A stretch of 64,000 nucleotides of DNA from Methanosarcinales archaeon (GCA_030611585.1 JAUWPM010000001.1:1715-65714), one strand, 5' to 3'; counted from the stretch's first letter, positions 1-10,182 are shown. The notes: a model not told the origin generated them from the letters alone. Numbers and translations: made by a program.

Positions 1-70
1 ATTTGGAAATGGACTGAAAATGTGTCAATGCTAAAATCTTCCATCTTCTTATCCTCGCTTCTTTTTGCGT

Positions 71-967
71 TCACTTCACGATCTTGGTGATATCTATCTC
101 GATAATATCCTCGGCACCCATGCTCTTCAACAGAGGTATTAAAATATTCACTTCGTGCTTGCTCACCACCGTTTCCACTGCGTAGTACCTCTTACGCTGC
201 TGGTTATTATCCGAATCGTACAGTTGGGATATGGTGGGTCTTTTCATTGCCGGGAGCGCCGATATCACATCCTTCAACAGATCCTCCACAACGTTCATGC
301 TGAGCAACACCTTACCCCGCGCTTCAAGCACGCCGGAGAGCAACGTCCTTATCTCTTCCATCTCCCGCCGCTTCTCCGCGTCACGCCACGAATCCTTATT
401 CGCAACCAACTTCGTAGACGATTCCAGTAGGGTCTCGATTATCCGCCAGTTGTTCTTACGCAGGGTCTCTCCAGTCTCCGTAAGCTCGACAATCCCGTCC
501 ATCATGTCCTTCGCCTCGGTAGCGCCGTAAGAAAAGAATATCTGTACGGGAATGCCAAGGTTCTCAAAGAACGATTTTGTAAGGTTGGGATATTCAGTGC
601 TAATTTTACTGTGCGGCTTCATGTCTTTTGCTCTTTTTATCTCCGTTCGATCAGCCTGCACTGCCAGAACGATTTTTACAGTGCTATCTTTCTCCGCGGC
701 TTTGCTGTACCTCATGTCCGCTACTTCCACGACGTCCGCACCCCGTTCCTCTATCCAATCCTTACCGGTTATGCCTAAGTCAAAATACCCCTTCTCAACG
801 TATTCCGGTATCTCCTGCGGTCGCAGTATCTTCACCTTCTCTATTCTTGGGTCTGCGATCGTCGGGCTGTACTCCCGACTCGTTACTTTTACTTCCAGGT
901 CTGCCTGCTTGAACAATAGCAGCGTCTGGATTTCTAAACTACCTTTTGGTATCGCTATGCTTATCAT
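71..967 (-). CDS. hisG: ATP phosphoribosyltransferase (long form)
   Basis: IAIPKGSL, LRPQEIP, DLGITGKDW, SYGATE, ETGETL motifs and C-terminal regulatory domain (PTISQL). Confidence 0.95.
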   Translation of the reverse strand: MISIAIPKGSLEIQTLLLFKQADLEVKVTSREYSPTIADPRIEKVKILRPQEIPEYVEKGYFDLGITGKDWIEERGADVVEVADMRYSKAAEKDSTVKIVLAVQADRTEIKRAKDMKPHSKISTEYPNLTKSFFENLGIPVQIFFSYGATEAKDMMDGIVELTETGETLRKNNWRIIETLLESSTKLVANKDSWRDAEKRREMEEIRTLLSGVLEARGKVLLSMNVVEDLLKDVISALPAMKRPTISQLYDSDNNQQRKRYYAVETVVSKHEVNILIPLLKSMGAEDIIEIDITKIVK

Positions 968-1047
968 CTTTCCGAGTTATCCTTTTTTCTCTCTTTATCT
1001 GTCTTCTAATAATTATTGTATTGTACTAATACTTCCGTACGTAAAAA

Positions 1048-2241
1048 ATGAACGAGGAGACGAAACGATTTGTAACGAGCAAATTTAAGGAATATTATAA
1101 TCGGGCAATGATAGAACCCCCGCCGGATTTCTGGATGCGAGAGTGGGGCTTTGTTCTCTTTGACAAATATTTCCCCATGAAACTCGTGATGCGGAGGCAC
1201 ACATCGTTTACCACGAAGGATGAGATGGTGAATTACCTTCGTGAAAATGCCCCTGCCCATGCGTATTACTCCACGGCTCTTTACAAATATCCCGCAGCCG
1301 ATATGGCGAAGAAGGGCTGGCTCGGCGCGGACTTGATCTTTGACCTCGATGCAGACCATATCGTAAGTGAAGCGGAACTCCCGCAGTATTCCTATGAGGA
1401 CTTGTTGAAACTCGTGAAAAAAGAGACGCTGAAGCTGATTGATTTCTTAACCGACGATTTCGGATTTGCTGAAAAGGATATGGAACTGGCGTTTTCGGGA
1501 TCGCGGGGTTATCACATCCATATTAATACCGAAGCGGTACGAGGGCTTGGAAGCAGAGAGAGAAGGGAAATAGTGGATTACGTCATGGCGACCGGGCTTG
1601 ATCTGGATAGCTTTTTAGTCCATGATTTGAAGGAGAAGGAACACGGCGGCGAAAAGCCGGGGAAAGGTGATTTGAGATTGATAACGGAGGGCTGGGGCAA
1701 ACGGGTTCGTAACGGATTAATTGAGTTCCTTCACGAAATAGCGGACATGGAAGAAAAGCAGGCTATCAAAAGGATAAGAGCTGCTGGAGAGATGGACAGG
1801 AAGAAGGCACGGGAGATATTAAGAATTGCAAAGGATGAGACCGTGATGAGAAGAATAGAGCAGGGTCAAATCCCTCAGTTCGCTAAACCTATCTGGACGG
1901 GAATATCAAAAACGGTAACAAAAATTGTCCGCGTGGAATCCGCAGATAGAGTAGATGAACCGGTTACTGCTGACATAAAACGGCTTATTCGGCTGCCAGG
2001 CTCACTACACGGCAAATCGAGTTTGAAGGTAAAACCGTTAACAATTAAAACCTTTAAGGAGTTCGACCCTTTAGCGGATGCCGTGGTATTCGGCGATTCG
2101 CCAGTCGAAATACGCGTCGTTCGCGATTCGGCGATAAAATTGAAAGGCGAACGATATAAGGTGGAAGAAGGCGAAATTACTCCGGTACCGGAGCACGTGG
2201 CACTTTATTTTATCTGTCGGGGTGTTGCGGAACTCAAGTGA
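1048..2241 (+). CDS. priS: DNA primase small (catalytic) subunit
   Basis: REWGF, ADLIFDLDAD, FSGSRGYH, DEPVTADIKRLIRLPGSLHGK. Confidence 0.95.
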   Translation: MNEETKRFVTSKFKEYYNRAMIEPPPDFWMREWGFVLFDKYFPMKLVMRRHTSFTTKDEMVNYLRENAPAHAYYSTALYKYPAADMAKKGWLGADLIFDLDADHIVSEAELPQYSYEDLLKLVKKETLKLIDFLTDDFGFAEKDMELAFSGSRGYHIHINTEAVRGLGSRERREIVDYVMATGLDLDSFLVHDLKEKEHGGEKPGKGDLRLITEGWGKRVRNGLIEFLHEIADMEEKQAIKRIRAAGEMDRKKAREILRIAKDETVMRRIEQGQIPQFAKPIWTGISKTVTKIVRVESADRVDEPVTADIKRLIRLPGSLHGKSSLKVKPLTIKTFKEFDPLADAVVFGDSPVEIRVVRDSAIKLKGERYKVEEGEITPVPEHVALYFICRGVAELK

Positions 2242-2357
2242 AAAACCGAAAACGGTTCAATATATGCGGACGTTCGTTCACTTATGATTTTCTACCGAAG
2301 TTATATATAAGTTAGTTATATAGTAAAGGATGCGTATTTCATATTAACTTTAGAGAA

Positions 2358-3725
2358 ATGGCGAAGCCCAGAAAAGGAATTACATTAATGGATTTCCTGC
2401 ATTCGCGAGCGGACGTAGATGAAGAGAACCGCGGTGTTGACGTTGAAAGCAAAAGCGAAAGCAGAATAGAAGTAGAAAGAATCGAAGAGAAAGAAACACC
2501 ACGCATATACAGCGTCCAGGAGGTCACGAGATACATAAGGCGGAGATTAGACAGGGATGAAGTGCTGAGAGACGTTTATATCAAGGGTGAGCTTTCTAAT
2601 CGCAGCCAGCCGACTTCCGGTCATTTGTACTTCACGCTCAAGGATGAATTTTCGGAGTTGCCGTGCGTAATGTTCAGGGAACAGAACCGGGGCTTGAAGT
2701 TCGTTCCTGAAGACGGGATGAGCGTGATAGTCCGGGGACATATAAGTGTGTACGAGAAGCGGGGGAAGTATCAGTTATACGTGGATGAGATACAGGAGGA
2801 GGGCATAGGCGCGCTCTATCGTGCATTTGAGCAGTTAAAGAAGAAGTTGAAGGAGGAGGGGTTGTTTGACGCGGCGTATAAGAAACCGATACCCTGTTTT
2901 CCACGTCGAATTGGTATTATCACTTCGCCCACCGGCGCGGCTATCCGGGACATATTGAAGATCACGAAGAAACGGTTCCCGCACGTCCATATTCTACTCG
3001 CTCCCGTTGCAGTGCAGGGTGAAGGAGCTTCATCGCAAATTGTAAACGCCATTCGGATTATGAACCGGTACAGCGCAGAACGGGAGAAGATAGACGTGCT
3101 TATCGTGGGTAGAGGCGGGGGTTCGATAGAAGAACTGTGGGCGTTCAACGAAGAGTGCGTTGCGCGTGAGATTTTCTCATCGGCAATCCCGGTGATCTCG
3201 GCGGTGGGGCACGAAACGGACTTCACAATTGCGGATTTTGTGGCTGATAAGCGCGCAGCGACACCATCGGAAGCAGCAGAGTTTGTCGTGCCGGACAAAC
3301 GAGAGATAGAGAAGAACCTGAGTTCTTTGGAGTTGAGGATGCGGCAGAACGTTTTTAAAGCGATTGAGTACTACCGGAAGCAGTTAGCGAGTATAGAAAA
3401 GAGCGTTTTATTTCGAAAGCCTACCGAGCGGATAAACCAATACCGGCAGACGGTAGACGAACTCAAGCGGAATATGGTTGCGGAGATTACGCATCTCGTG
3501 ACGTTGCAGCGTAAGAATGTGCAAGCCCTTACGGGCAAACTGGACGCTTTAAGTCCTTTAGCAATCCTTGAGCGTGGATATAGTATCTGCTCGAAACTGC
3601 CGGAAGGGAAGATCGTACGGAGTGTGAGGGAGATTTCGGTTGGCGATGCGCTTAAGGTGCTATTCACGGATGGAGAGGCGATTTCAGAAGTGAAGGAGAA
3701 AAAAGGTGCGAAGAAACAGCAATAA
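2358..3725 (+). CDS. xseA: Exodeoxyribonuclease VII large subunit
   Basis: SGHLYFTLKD OB fold, IITSPTGAAIRDI, GRGGGSIEELWAFN, SAVGHETDFT, LSPLAILERGYS. Confidence 0.95.
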   Translation: MAKPRKGITLMDFLHSRADVDEENRGVDVESKSESRIEVERIEEKETPRIYSVQEVTRYIRRRLDRDEVLRDVYIKGELSNRSQPTSGHLYFTLKDEFSELPCVMFREQNRGLKFVPEDGMSVIVRGHISVYEKRGKYQLYVDEIQEEGIGALYRAFEQLKKKLKEEGLFDAAYKKPIPCFPRRIGIITSPTGAAIRDILKITKKRFPHVHILLAPVAVQGEGASSQIVNAIRIMNRYSAEREKIDVLIVGRGGGSIEELWAFNEECVAREIFSSAIPVISAVGHETDFTIADFVADKRAATPSEAAEFVVPDKREIEKNLSSLELRMRQNVFKAIEYYRKQLASIEKSVLFRKPTERINQYRQTVDELKRNMVAEITHLVTLQRKNVQALTGKLDALSPLAILERGYSICSKLPEGKIVRSVREISVGDALKVLFTDGEAISEVKEKKGAKKQQ

Positions 3726-3748
3726 ATTATGTGGTTGGGTATTTACGG

Positions 3749-3822
3749 CTCTTTAAGACACAGATTAACACTGATTTACATGGATTTATTTAGGGTGAAG
3801 AACAAAGTTGATTTTTATCATT
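3749..3822 (+). repeat. Partial copy of intergenic repeat family A
   Basis: ctctttaagacacagatt...tttagggtgaagaacaaagttgatttttatcatt is near-identical to 8801-8874 and 14648-14721. Confidence 0.85.
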
Positions 3823-3882
3823 GTCAGATTAGATTAACCGCAGAGTTCACAGAGAACGCAGAGCAGAGAGTAAGGTTTTGAT

Positions 3883-4164
3883 TTATTCAAACGTGAAGAG
3901 CTCTTCTTCGGAAAAACTCATGAATTTGTCTCTAACTCCCCTTTCCCACGTTTCAAATATTCTCCGCTCTTCCTCTGTCGCTTCACGCGGAATTCCGAAC
4001 TCCACTATTCCCCTCTGCTCGAAGAAACCATCGGGAAATATCGTTGGTCTCGTCTGAACACGAATTGCTGCCCCTGTGGATTTCCGGGTAAATGTGAATA
4101 CGTAATTCTCTTCAACCGTTATTTCTTGCAGGTTTCCCTTTTCCTCTGTTATTATAGGTTCCAT
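3883..4164 (-). CDS. Hypothetical protein
   Basis: 93-aa ATG ORF with natural composition; no family recognised. Confidence 0.6.
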   Translation of the reverse strand: MEPIITEEKGNLQEITVEENYVFTFTRKSTGAAIRVQTRPTIFPDGFFEQRGIVEFGIPREATEEERRIFETWERGVRDKFMSFSEEELFTFE

Positions 4165-4268
4165 TTTACTTCACGCATTCCGAAACTACATCAAAATCAA
4201 TAAAAAAACAATTGAGGATACAGGACTGCAAGACCTATCCCTAAACTTGCATCCTGTATCCTGTATCT

Positions 4269-5144
4269 TTAACGTGCTTTCCCCCTGAGAGACAGCCCCA
4301 GCAGTAACCCAAGCCCGATCACCAGTATCGAGAAGAATATCGCTCCGCCAACCGGAAATGGTTCTTTAGGCTCTTCCACACCCTCGAAAAGCTCCCAGTC
4401 CGGTGAGGTCAAAAACGTATCCCTCGTTTCTTCCCACTCTGACTTGAACAGCGCTTTTTCTTCATCCGTTGCGTTCTCAGGAATACCGAACTTCACCTTC
4501 TTCCTCAGCTCAAAGTAGTCATCCGGGAACACACCCTCTTTCACTACGACCTCAAAACATTCGCCCGTTGATATTCGACAGACATCAAACCTGAAATTAT
4601 CAGGAGTATTGCTCTTTGATACCTTCTTCAAGTTCTTATTGCTCATGTTCACTACTTCGGTTCCATCGGGTAGAATTATCTTGTATTCCCCTTTCGTATT
4701 CGTTTCTAATCCCGGTCCGGTTCCCGTCACGTATTGGAAACAATCTCGGGAGCCTGGCGTCGGTAGCCTGCTGATTATTCGGATGTCCTCTCTTGTAGGG
4801 AAGAGGGTGGTGGCACTCGTGGATGCGTCTACATCCTCTCCCGAAGCTATCTCCGCACCCCATATCTCCGAGAGTCCCAGTTGCGTCGCTCGGAATGCGC
4901 AACAGGTGCATACGCACATCTGACCATGATAATTCCCCACGTCCTCTATCGTTATCTCTACTTCCGTTCCGCCGTCGTCTATTACAATGGGCTCCAACTC
5001 GAACTCCGGTGGCGCTTCAGCTCCCGGCATGTGCGCATCAACGGAAATAACCGCCGTGGATAGTGCCATCAAAACCAATGCTACAATTGCCACTGCTTTT
5101 AATGGCGATTTTCCACTTTGCACTTTGCTCTTTTCATTTCTCAT
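4269..5144 (-). CDS. Exported membrane-anchored FmdE-like metal-binding protein
   Basis: Signal peptide ending SVDA|HMPG, YHGQMCVCTCCAFRA resembling the FmdE FHGHxC motif, C-terminal TM plus basic tail. Confidence 0.65.
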   Translation of the reverse strand: MRNEKSKVQSGKSPLKAVAIVALVLMALSTAVISVDAHMPGAEAPPEFELEPIVIDDGGTEVEITIEDVGNYHGQMCVCTCCAFRATQLGLSEIWGAEIASGEDVDASTSATTLFPTREDIRIISRLPTPGSRDCFQYVTGTGPGLETNTKGEYKIILPDGTEVVNMSNKNLKKVSKSNTPDNFRFDVCRISTGECFEVVVKEGVFPDDYFELRKKVKFGIPENATDEEKALFKSEWEETRDTFLTSPDWELFEGVEEPKEPFPVGGAIFFSILVIGLGLLLGLSLRGKAR

Positions 5145-5584
5145 TTTACCGTTTCTCCCTCCTTCAAGATATAATACACGATCACCAGTGAGAACGGCAG
5201 CAAGAACATCTCAGGGCAATATGGCGGGGCATAACTTGCTAAAAAGCCTTCTAAGCTGTTAAACCATGTCTCTTCTCCCGGAATAGAACCTGCTATTCTC
5301 GCCCAGATCGCTATTCCGGCAACTATCCATATCATTATGCTTGCCATTACCGCTTTTGCTAACTGATGGACCTCTGCAAAGTTCTTCACGCTACTTAGAT
5401 AAAAAAAACCAACAGAAAGGAGGATTATCGCCCTCCACGGCAAGAATATGCCTGACATCTCCATGATTCCCCAGCTCGCTTCTCCCGGCACAGTTGCTAT
5501 CAGCTCCGCAACTCCAAACGCCAATGCTACGGCGCCTAAAACCGCAAAATATATCTGCCCGAATTTCTCTTCCGTTTCGTTCAT
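5141..5584 (-). CDS. Small membrane protein (about 4 TM) in the feo operon
   Basis: Hydrophobic helices; tightly coupled to both neighbours. Confidence 0.75.
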   Translation of the reverse strand: MNETEEKFGQIYFAVLGAVALAFGVAELIATVPGEASWGIMEMSGIFLPWRAIILLSVGFFYLSSVKNFAEVHQLAKAVMASIMIWIVAGIAIWARIAGSIPGEETWFNSLEGFLASYAPPYCPEMFLLPFSLVIVYYILKEGETVK

Positions 5585-5588
5585 TTGT

Positions 5589-6845
5589 TTATGCCACCCC
5601 CAGCATGATTCCTACTAAATGTATCAAGCCACCGTAAACAAAGACCATCGCTATAAGCGAAGCTAAGCTTCCGAGAAGCTCTTTCCAGTTCTCTTCCTTT
5701 ATCATCAATGCGAACGTCGCTAAGCACGGGAAGTAGATACAAAGCAGAATCACGGATGTGAACACCTGAAAAGGAGTCATTATCCCTTGTTCCATAAGAC
5801 CGCCGAGCATTCCCACCGCCAGGTCCTTCCTCAGAAAACCTGCTATTAACGGCGCTACTGTTTCTGATGGCACTCCAAACCATACCATTAGCAACGGACC
5901 AAATACAGCCGCCAGCCAATCCATCGCTCCCGTCAGGTACATAAGACCAACAATTAGACACCCCAATAGGACGAAAGGAACCGCAACGAGGAGAAAACCT
6001 GATGTCCTTATCCACAACTTACTCATAATGTTTTTCAACGTTGGCATTTGATACGGCGGCACGTCCATTATAATCTCTGGCGACTTCCCCGGCACGATTT
6101 TGTTAAGGATGAATCCAAAGCCCAGATAACCTATGGCTAAAGTCAAGAAAATCCAGCCCATCATCTCCGGAACTAAATCTTGCATAATTCCTATTTGCGC
6201 GCCACATGGAACGAATATCGCTAACAGTGTCATCATCATGAACCTTTGTTTCCTCGTTTCCAGTGGTCGCGTAGCCGTTACTCCCGGGACATTACAGCCT
6301 AAGGAAAGGAAAGTAGGCACAATCGCATAGCCGTGCAAGCCTATTTTGTGCAATACCGTATCAACGAGAACAGCCAGTCTTGGCAAATAACCTATGTCCT
6401 CCAGAATTGCAAATATCAGATAAAACGCCAGTATTGCCCACAGGACTACGCCAAAAACAATGAACAGCCCGCTGGTAAGCATACCAAAAGCCTCAAAGCA
6501 ATTGTCCGAGGCTACAAGCACCCCTTCTTCAAGATGTCCCGCATCTACCATGAGTGCATAGAACGGGTTTCCTAACCCACCGGGAAAAACCGACTGTAAC
6601 CACGGCAGCCAGTGCTCATCAAAAAGCCTGACCATGAAGCCGTCTGTAAATAGCGTCCCTGCAAATTCACAGAAAAAAGCCCAGAAGCCGTATATAACCG
6701 CAATTGCTACTGGTATCCCCGTCAGCGGTTTAACGGTGAGTTCCGCAATTGCATCCTTCAATGTATGTTTGCGCGCACCAAACTCCACCGTTTGTTTCGA
6801 TATCTTCTCTATCAAATCCCATCTCTCATCCACTGACAGCGGCAC
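5589..6845 (-). CDS. feoB: FeoB membrane domain (C-terminal part of a split FeoB)
   Basis: LEDIGYLPRLA, LGCNVPG, FVPCGAQ, LYFPC-like gate motifs; GGAGGTG SD at 6852-6858 before GTG at 6845. Confidence 0.85.
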   Translation of the reverse strand: MPLSVDERWDLIEKISKQTVEFGARKHTLKDAIAELTVKPLTGIPVAIAVIYGFWAFFCEFAGTLFTDGFMVRLFDEHWLPWLQSVFPGGLGNPFYALMVDAGHLEEGVLVASDNCFEAFGMLTSGLFIVFGVVLWAILAFYLIFAILEDIGYLPRLAVLVDTVLHKIGLHGYAIVPTFLSLGCNVPGVTATRPLETRKQRFMMMTLLAIFVPCGAQIGIMQDLVPEMMGWIFLTLAIGYLGFGFILNKIVPGKSPEIIMDVPPYQMPTLKNIMSKLWIRTSGFLLVAVPFVLLGCLIVGLMYLTGAMDWLAAVFGPLLMVWFGVPSETVAPLIAGFLRKDLAVGMLGGLMEQGIMTPFQVFTSVILLCIYFPCLATFALMIKEENWKELLGSLASLIAMVFVYGGLIHLVGIMLGVA

Positions 6846-7407
6846 TTTCACCACCTCCTTCTTTACCTGCGCTCGCAGCCGCACTTACAGCACTTGCACT
6901 TTCTATAACCCCTTCTATTTTCACAGGTGCCGTTTCTTTGATCTTTGAAACGAGCTCCTTGAATCCTTCACCACTTATCGCCGTCGTTGGCACTACGGGC
7001 ACGCCGAGAATTAGCTCCAATTTCTCCACGTCTATCCCTATATTCTTGTCCTCCGCGACGTCCCACATGTTCAACGCCACTACAACCGGGTAGCCCTTCT
7101 CAATGATCTCCAGAGCTAAGTAAAGACCACGTTCTACTTTCGAAGCATCAAGCACGCATACGACTACGGAATCCCTGTTCTCTTCAAGCATCTTCACCGC
7201 TACTTCCTCTGCCAGGTCCTTCGGATCCAGTGAAAACGTTCCTGGCACGTCTATTAGCTCGACTTCCTCTCCTTCTAAACGCATCCAGCCTTTCATGAAA
7301 TCCACTGTCGTTCCCGGATAATTCGACTCGAACACTTTGGCTCCCGTGAGCCGGTTGAAGAAAACGCTTTTCCCCACGTTCGGATGCCCCATTAGCAATA
7401 CTTTCAT
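6826..7407 (-). CDS. feoB: FeoB GTPase domain (stand-alone N-terminal part)
   Basis: G1 GHPNVGKS, G2 NYPGTT, G3 DVPG, G4 NMWD. Confidence 0.9.
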   Translation of the reverse strand: MKVLLMGHPNVGKSVFFNRLTGAKVFESNYPGTTVDFMKGWMRLEGEEVELIDVPGTFSLDPKDLAEEVAVKMLEENRDSVVVCVLDASKVERGLYLALEIIEKGYPVVVALNMWDVAEDKNIGIDVEKLELILGVPVVPTTAISGEGFKELVSKIKETAPVKIEGVIESASAVSAAASAGKEGGGESAAVSG

Positions 7408-7411
7408 CTCG

Positions 7412-7645
7412 CTATCCCACCTCCACGACTATCTTTTCCGCTATGCCCAATCCCAAAGAAGTAACTGACATGTCCACCTCTACCACTACGGGCCCCTTTA
7501 TGGGCTGCTTCGTTGCCATTCGCACCCTTTTACCTTCTCTGATGCCCATACCCGCTATTTGTGCCCTCAAATCCGTTGCTATCTCCTTCACCGTTCCCTC
7601 TTCATCAAAATCCATCTCACTCAACTTCTTTTCCATTACTTTCAC
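7412..7645 (-). CDS. feoA: FeoA family protein
   Basis: LSEM...GMGIREG...GPVVVEV...LGLGIAEKIVV. Confidence 0.85.
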   Translation of the reverse strand: MKVMEKKLSEMDFDEEGTVKEIATDLRAQIAGMGIREGKRVRMATKQPIKGPVVVEVDMSVTSLGLGIAEKIVVEVG

Positions 7646-7917
7646 ATCCTCCTCACGATAACTTTTTGTGCCATTCCACGACCGATAGAGACCGTGTTTC
7701 TATCAACCTCAACGGTAACGGGTCCGTAACAGGAGATCACGCGAACCACGCTGCCTTCGAATAAACCCCTAAGAAACAACTTCTGGCGAATTCCGTGTCC
7801 CCCTTCGACAGCCATTACTCTGCCCTGCTCGCCTGGTTTCAACTGGCTTAACGGTATCGGCATCGTGCCACCGTAATTCTCCTCTGCCATCTCCTCACTC
7901 ACGCAGTCATTGCCCAT
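7642..7917 (-). CDS. feoA: FeoA family protein
   Basis: LSQLKPGEQGRV...GPVTVEV...IGRGMAQKVIV; start may be the later ATG. Confidence 0.85.
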   Translation of the reverse strand: MGNDCVSEEMAEENYGGTMPIPLSQLKPGEQGRVMAVEGGHGIRQKLFLRGLFEGSVVRVISCYGPVTVEVDRNTVSIGRGMAQKVIVRRM

Positions 7918-7934
7918 TTTAGTCTCTTTCTGTT

Positions 7935-8642
7935 CTATTCCACCCAGACCTTCTCTGCGAGACCGCGTCCGATAGTTACCAACTGCTCACCGATTTTCGC
8001 AAGCACGTAGTTGCCTCTTTTCGGACTTGGTGCTGGCGTCTCCTTCCGGACCAAGGTTATCTCTTTGCCTTCCACTACGCCCATCTGTTCAAATTTGTCT
8101 TTAAGAGAGGTGCCACCGATTATCTTGCTTATCTTCGACTTCTCACCTTCCTTCAGATAGTTTACCTGAATGGATTGCTCTTCGCGTTCTACCAGCAACT
8201 TTGATGCCTGTCCTTCGCCCATTCGTATCTCTGTGTCGTCTATTTTGAACACTAAAGTGTCGTCGGGAAGGTGGCGTAAGAACTCAACTTCGCTTCCTTT
8301 CTCCACGCCAAGTTCCGCGAAATTATCTTCAAACGTCTTTCCGCCTTCTATTGTCTTTACCGTTCCTTTCTCACCGCTCTCAAACCGTAAAAGAGGAAGC
8401 GTCTTACCTTCTCTCTCTACGTACACCTTATCTGCCCATCCGCGAGCTACGACTGCTTCTCTTCCTGCGGCTTTCAGTGAAATAGGTCCTGCGTGCACGT
8501 GCACAGGCTCAGTAGCCACTATCGTAAGTTCTGTTCCTTCTGAAATGCCCAATTCCTCCAAGCTCCCTCTTACCTCGGAACCACCATCTATTTTCTTTAC
8601 GGTTCCCGTTATTTCGGAGTCAACTTCGCTTAACAATTTCAT
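7935..8642 (-). CDS. feoA: Triple-FeoA-domain protein
   Basis: Three FeoA units ending ARGWADKVYVE, GEGQASKLLVE and GRGLAEKVWVE. Confidence 0.85.
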   Translation of the reverse strand: MKLLSEVDSEITGTVKKIDGGSEVRGSLEELGISEGTELTIVATEPVHVHAGPISLKAAGREAVVARGWADKVYVEREGKTLPLLRFESGEKGTVKTIEGGKTFEDNFAELGVEKGSEVEFLRHLPDDTLVFKIDDTEIRMGEGQASKLLVEREEQSIQVNYLKEGEKSKISKIIGGTSLKDKFEQMGVVEGKEITLVRKETPAPSPKRGNYVLAKIGEQLVTIGRGLAEKVWVE

Positions 8643-8661
8643 TTCTTCTTTCCTCTATATC

Positions 8662-8770
8662 CCCTATAATGTTAGGGAATGAAAAAACCTGCCCTAAAAA
8701 AGTTCTGTTTTGCTAAAAGAACCTAAATAAGTTAGGTTCTGAACGAAAATCCGAATAAAGTTGGGATTTT
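8662..8770 (-). promoter_or_regulatory. feo operon promoter with tandem DtxR-type operators (CCTAA-N5-TTAGG)
   Basis: Perfect AGAACCTAA-ataag-TTAGGTTCT at 8718-8740 plus degenerate neighbours. Confidence 0.7.
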
Positions 8771-8777
8771 GATTGTC

Positions 8778-8940
8778 TATAAAGTATAACTGCCATAATT
8801 CTCTTTAAGACGCAGATTTACACTGATTTACGCGGATTTATTTAGGGTGAAGAACAAAGTTGATTTTTATCATTAAGCCCTTTCAGGGCTTGCGGGACGT
8901 GGGCAGAGCCCACGAGCGTTAATCTGTGTCCACAATTTAT
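8778..8940 (+). repeat. Intergenic repeat family A (MITE/REP-like), full copy
   Basis: Imperfect inverted ends GACGCAGATTTAC / GTTAATCTGTGTC, internal hairpins; near-identical to 14648-14788. Confidence 0.85.
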
Positions 8941-8953
8941 TTTTTCTTGATAA

Positions 8954-9024
8954 AAACCCTAATTAAGTTCGGGTTCTCCTATGCGCCCTAATCTTGTTAG
9001 GGATCCTTATTTATGCACCTAACA
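8954..9024 (+). promoter_or_regulatory. Flavodoxin promoter with DtxR-type operators flanking the TATA box
   Basis: CCCTAA-ttaag-TTCGGG, CCCTAA-tcttg-TTAGGG, then cttatttatg and CCTAAC. Confidence 0.7.
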
Positions 9025-9073
9025 GCCATACACATCTTTAAACAAAAGTTTAGAAAGAAAAGGGGAGATAAAA

Positions 9074-9520
9074 ATGGCGAAGAAGGTAATTTTGGTATTT
9101 GGTTCAACTACTGACAACACGGAAATGTTGTCTGAGCACGTGGCGGAAGGACTTGAGCGAGGAATGGCGTCGGTCACGGTGAAGAACGTGACAGAAGCGA
9201 GCGTTGACGAACTCGCGGATTATGACGCGATCGTATTCGGATGCTCCACATGGGGTGAAGGCGATTTGCAGGATGATTTCGTGGATTTCGACGAAGCTAT
9301 GGACGGCATAGCTCTGGAAGGGAAAAAGGCGGCGGTTTTTGGTCCTGGTGATAGCGAGGAGTACCCGGATTCGTTCTGCACCGCAGTGGACATCCTGGAG
9401 AAAACGCTGAAGAAATGCGGTGCCGAGATTGTTGCCGAAGGCTTCAAAGTTAGCGGCGAGGTTGAACCTGCATTTGGAGACGCCGAAGAGTGGGGATTTA
9501 AGGTTGCAAAAGCGCTTTAG
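9074..9520 (+). CDS. Short-chain flavodoxin
   Basis: FGSTTDNTE, FGCSTWGEGDLQ, AAVFGPGDS, FCTAVD. Confidence 0.92.
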   Translation: MAKKVILVFGSTTDNTEMLSEHVAEGLERGMASVTVKNVTEASVDELADYDAIVFGCSTWGEGDLQDDFVDFDEAMDGIALEGKKAAVFGPGDSEEYPDSFCTAVDILEKTLKKCGAEIVAEGFKVSGEVEPAFGDAEEWGFKVAKAL

Positions 9521-9599
9521 CTTTACTTTTGCTTCTGCTTCTGTTCCCTCTTTATTTTTTCCCGCTGCGAGGCGAACCAGAGCAGGATAGAGAGAAGAC

Positions 9600-9989
9600 A
9601 TGAAAGTATTTATTCACCACATTCAGGAGTACAAGAAAGGCTTGAGAACCCTCGTCCTTCATACGACGAAAGCGTCGAACAGAGATGCAATTGAAAAGAG
9701 GTTGGAAAGGGAAAGGATAGATTATTACATTCAAGAGGTCAACGGAACGAAGATAAACGTCTTCTTCGGCAACCCTGCCTGCATCGAAGTGATCAAACAG
9801 ATGAACTTTGAATCGCTGTCGAACTTAACGGATGAGGAGGATTTTATTCTCGGTACGATGCTGGGCTACGATAGGGTAAAGCAGTGCGAGCGGTATCTTA
9901 AACGGAAACGCAATGGCAATACCGTAGAAAAGGTAGGTAGTAAATCCGTCTATCAGTCCCGTACCGAGGCGATTAGTGTTATTATATAG
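9600..9989 (+). CDS. DUF2023 family protein
   Basis: HHIQEYKKGLRTLVLHT, NVFFG, EEDFILGTMLGYD. Confidence 0.85.
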   Translation: MKVFIHHIQEYKKGLRTLVLHTTKASNRDAIEKRLERERIDYYIQEVNGTKINVFFGNPACIEVIKQMNFESLSNLTDEEDFILGTMLGYDRVKQCERYLKRKRNGNTVEKVGSKSVYQSRTEAISVII

Positions 9990-10182
9990 TCAATCACATC
10001 CATTCCACCCGAGAATATAGATGATCATTTTATCTGCGTTAATCAGTGTCTATAAAATTTAACTTTCCGACACAGATTTACACTGATTTTTGGCACAACG
10101 AATTCGGGTTAATTTGTGATGACTGACTATATCCTAACTTGACTTTGTCACATTTCAAATTTACCTTGCCGTGGAGAACGCT

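Noticed and set aside
6826..6884. feoB split as a sequencing frameshift
   Set aside because: A well-spaced GGAGGTG SD and a GTG start serve the second half.
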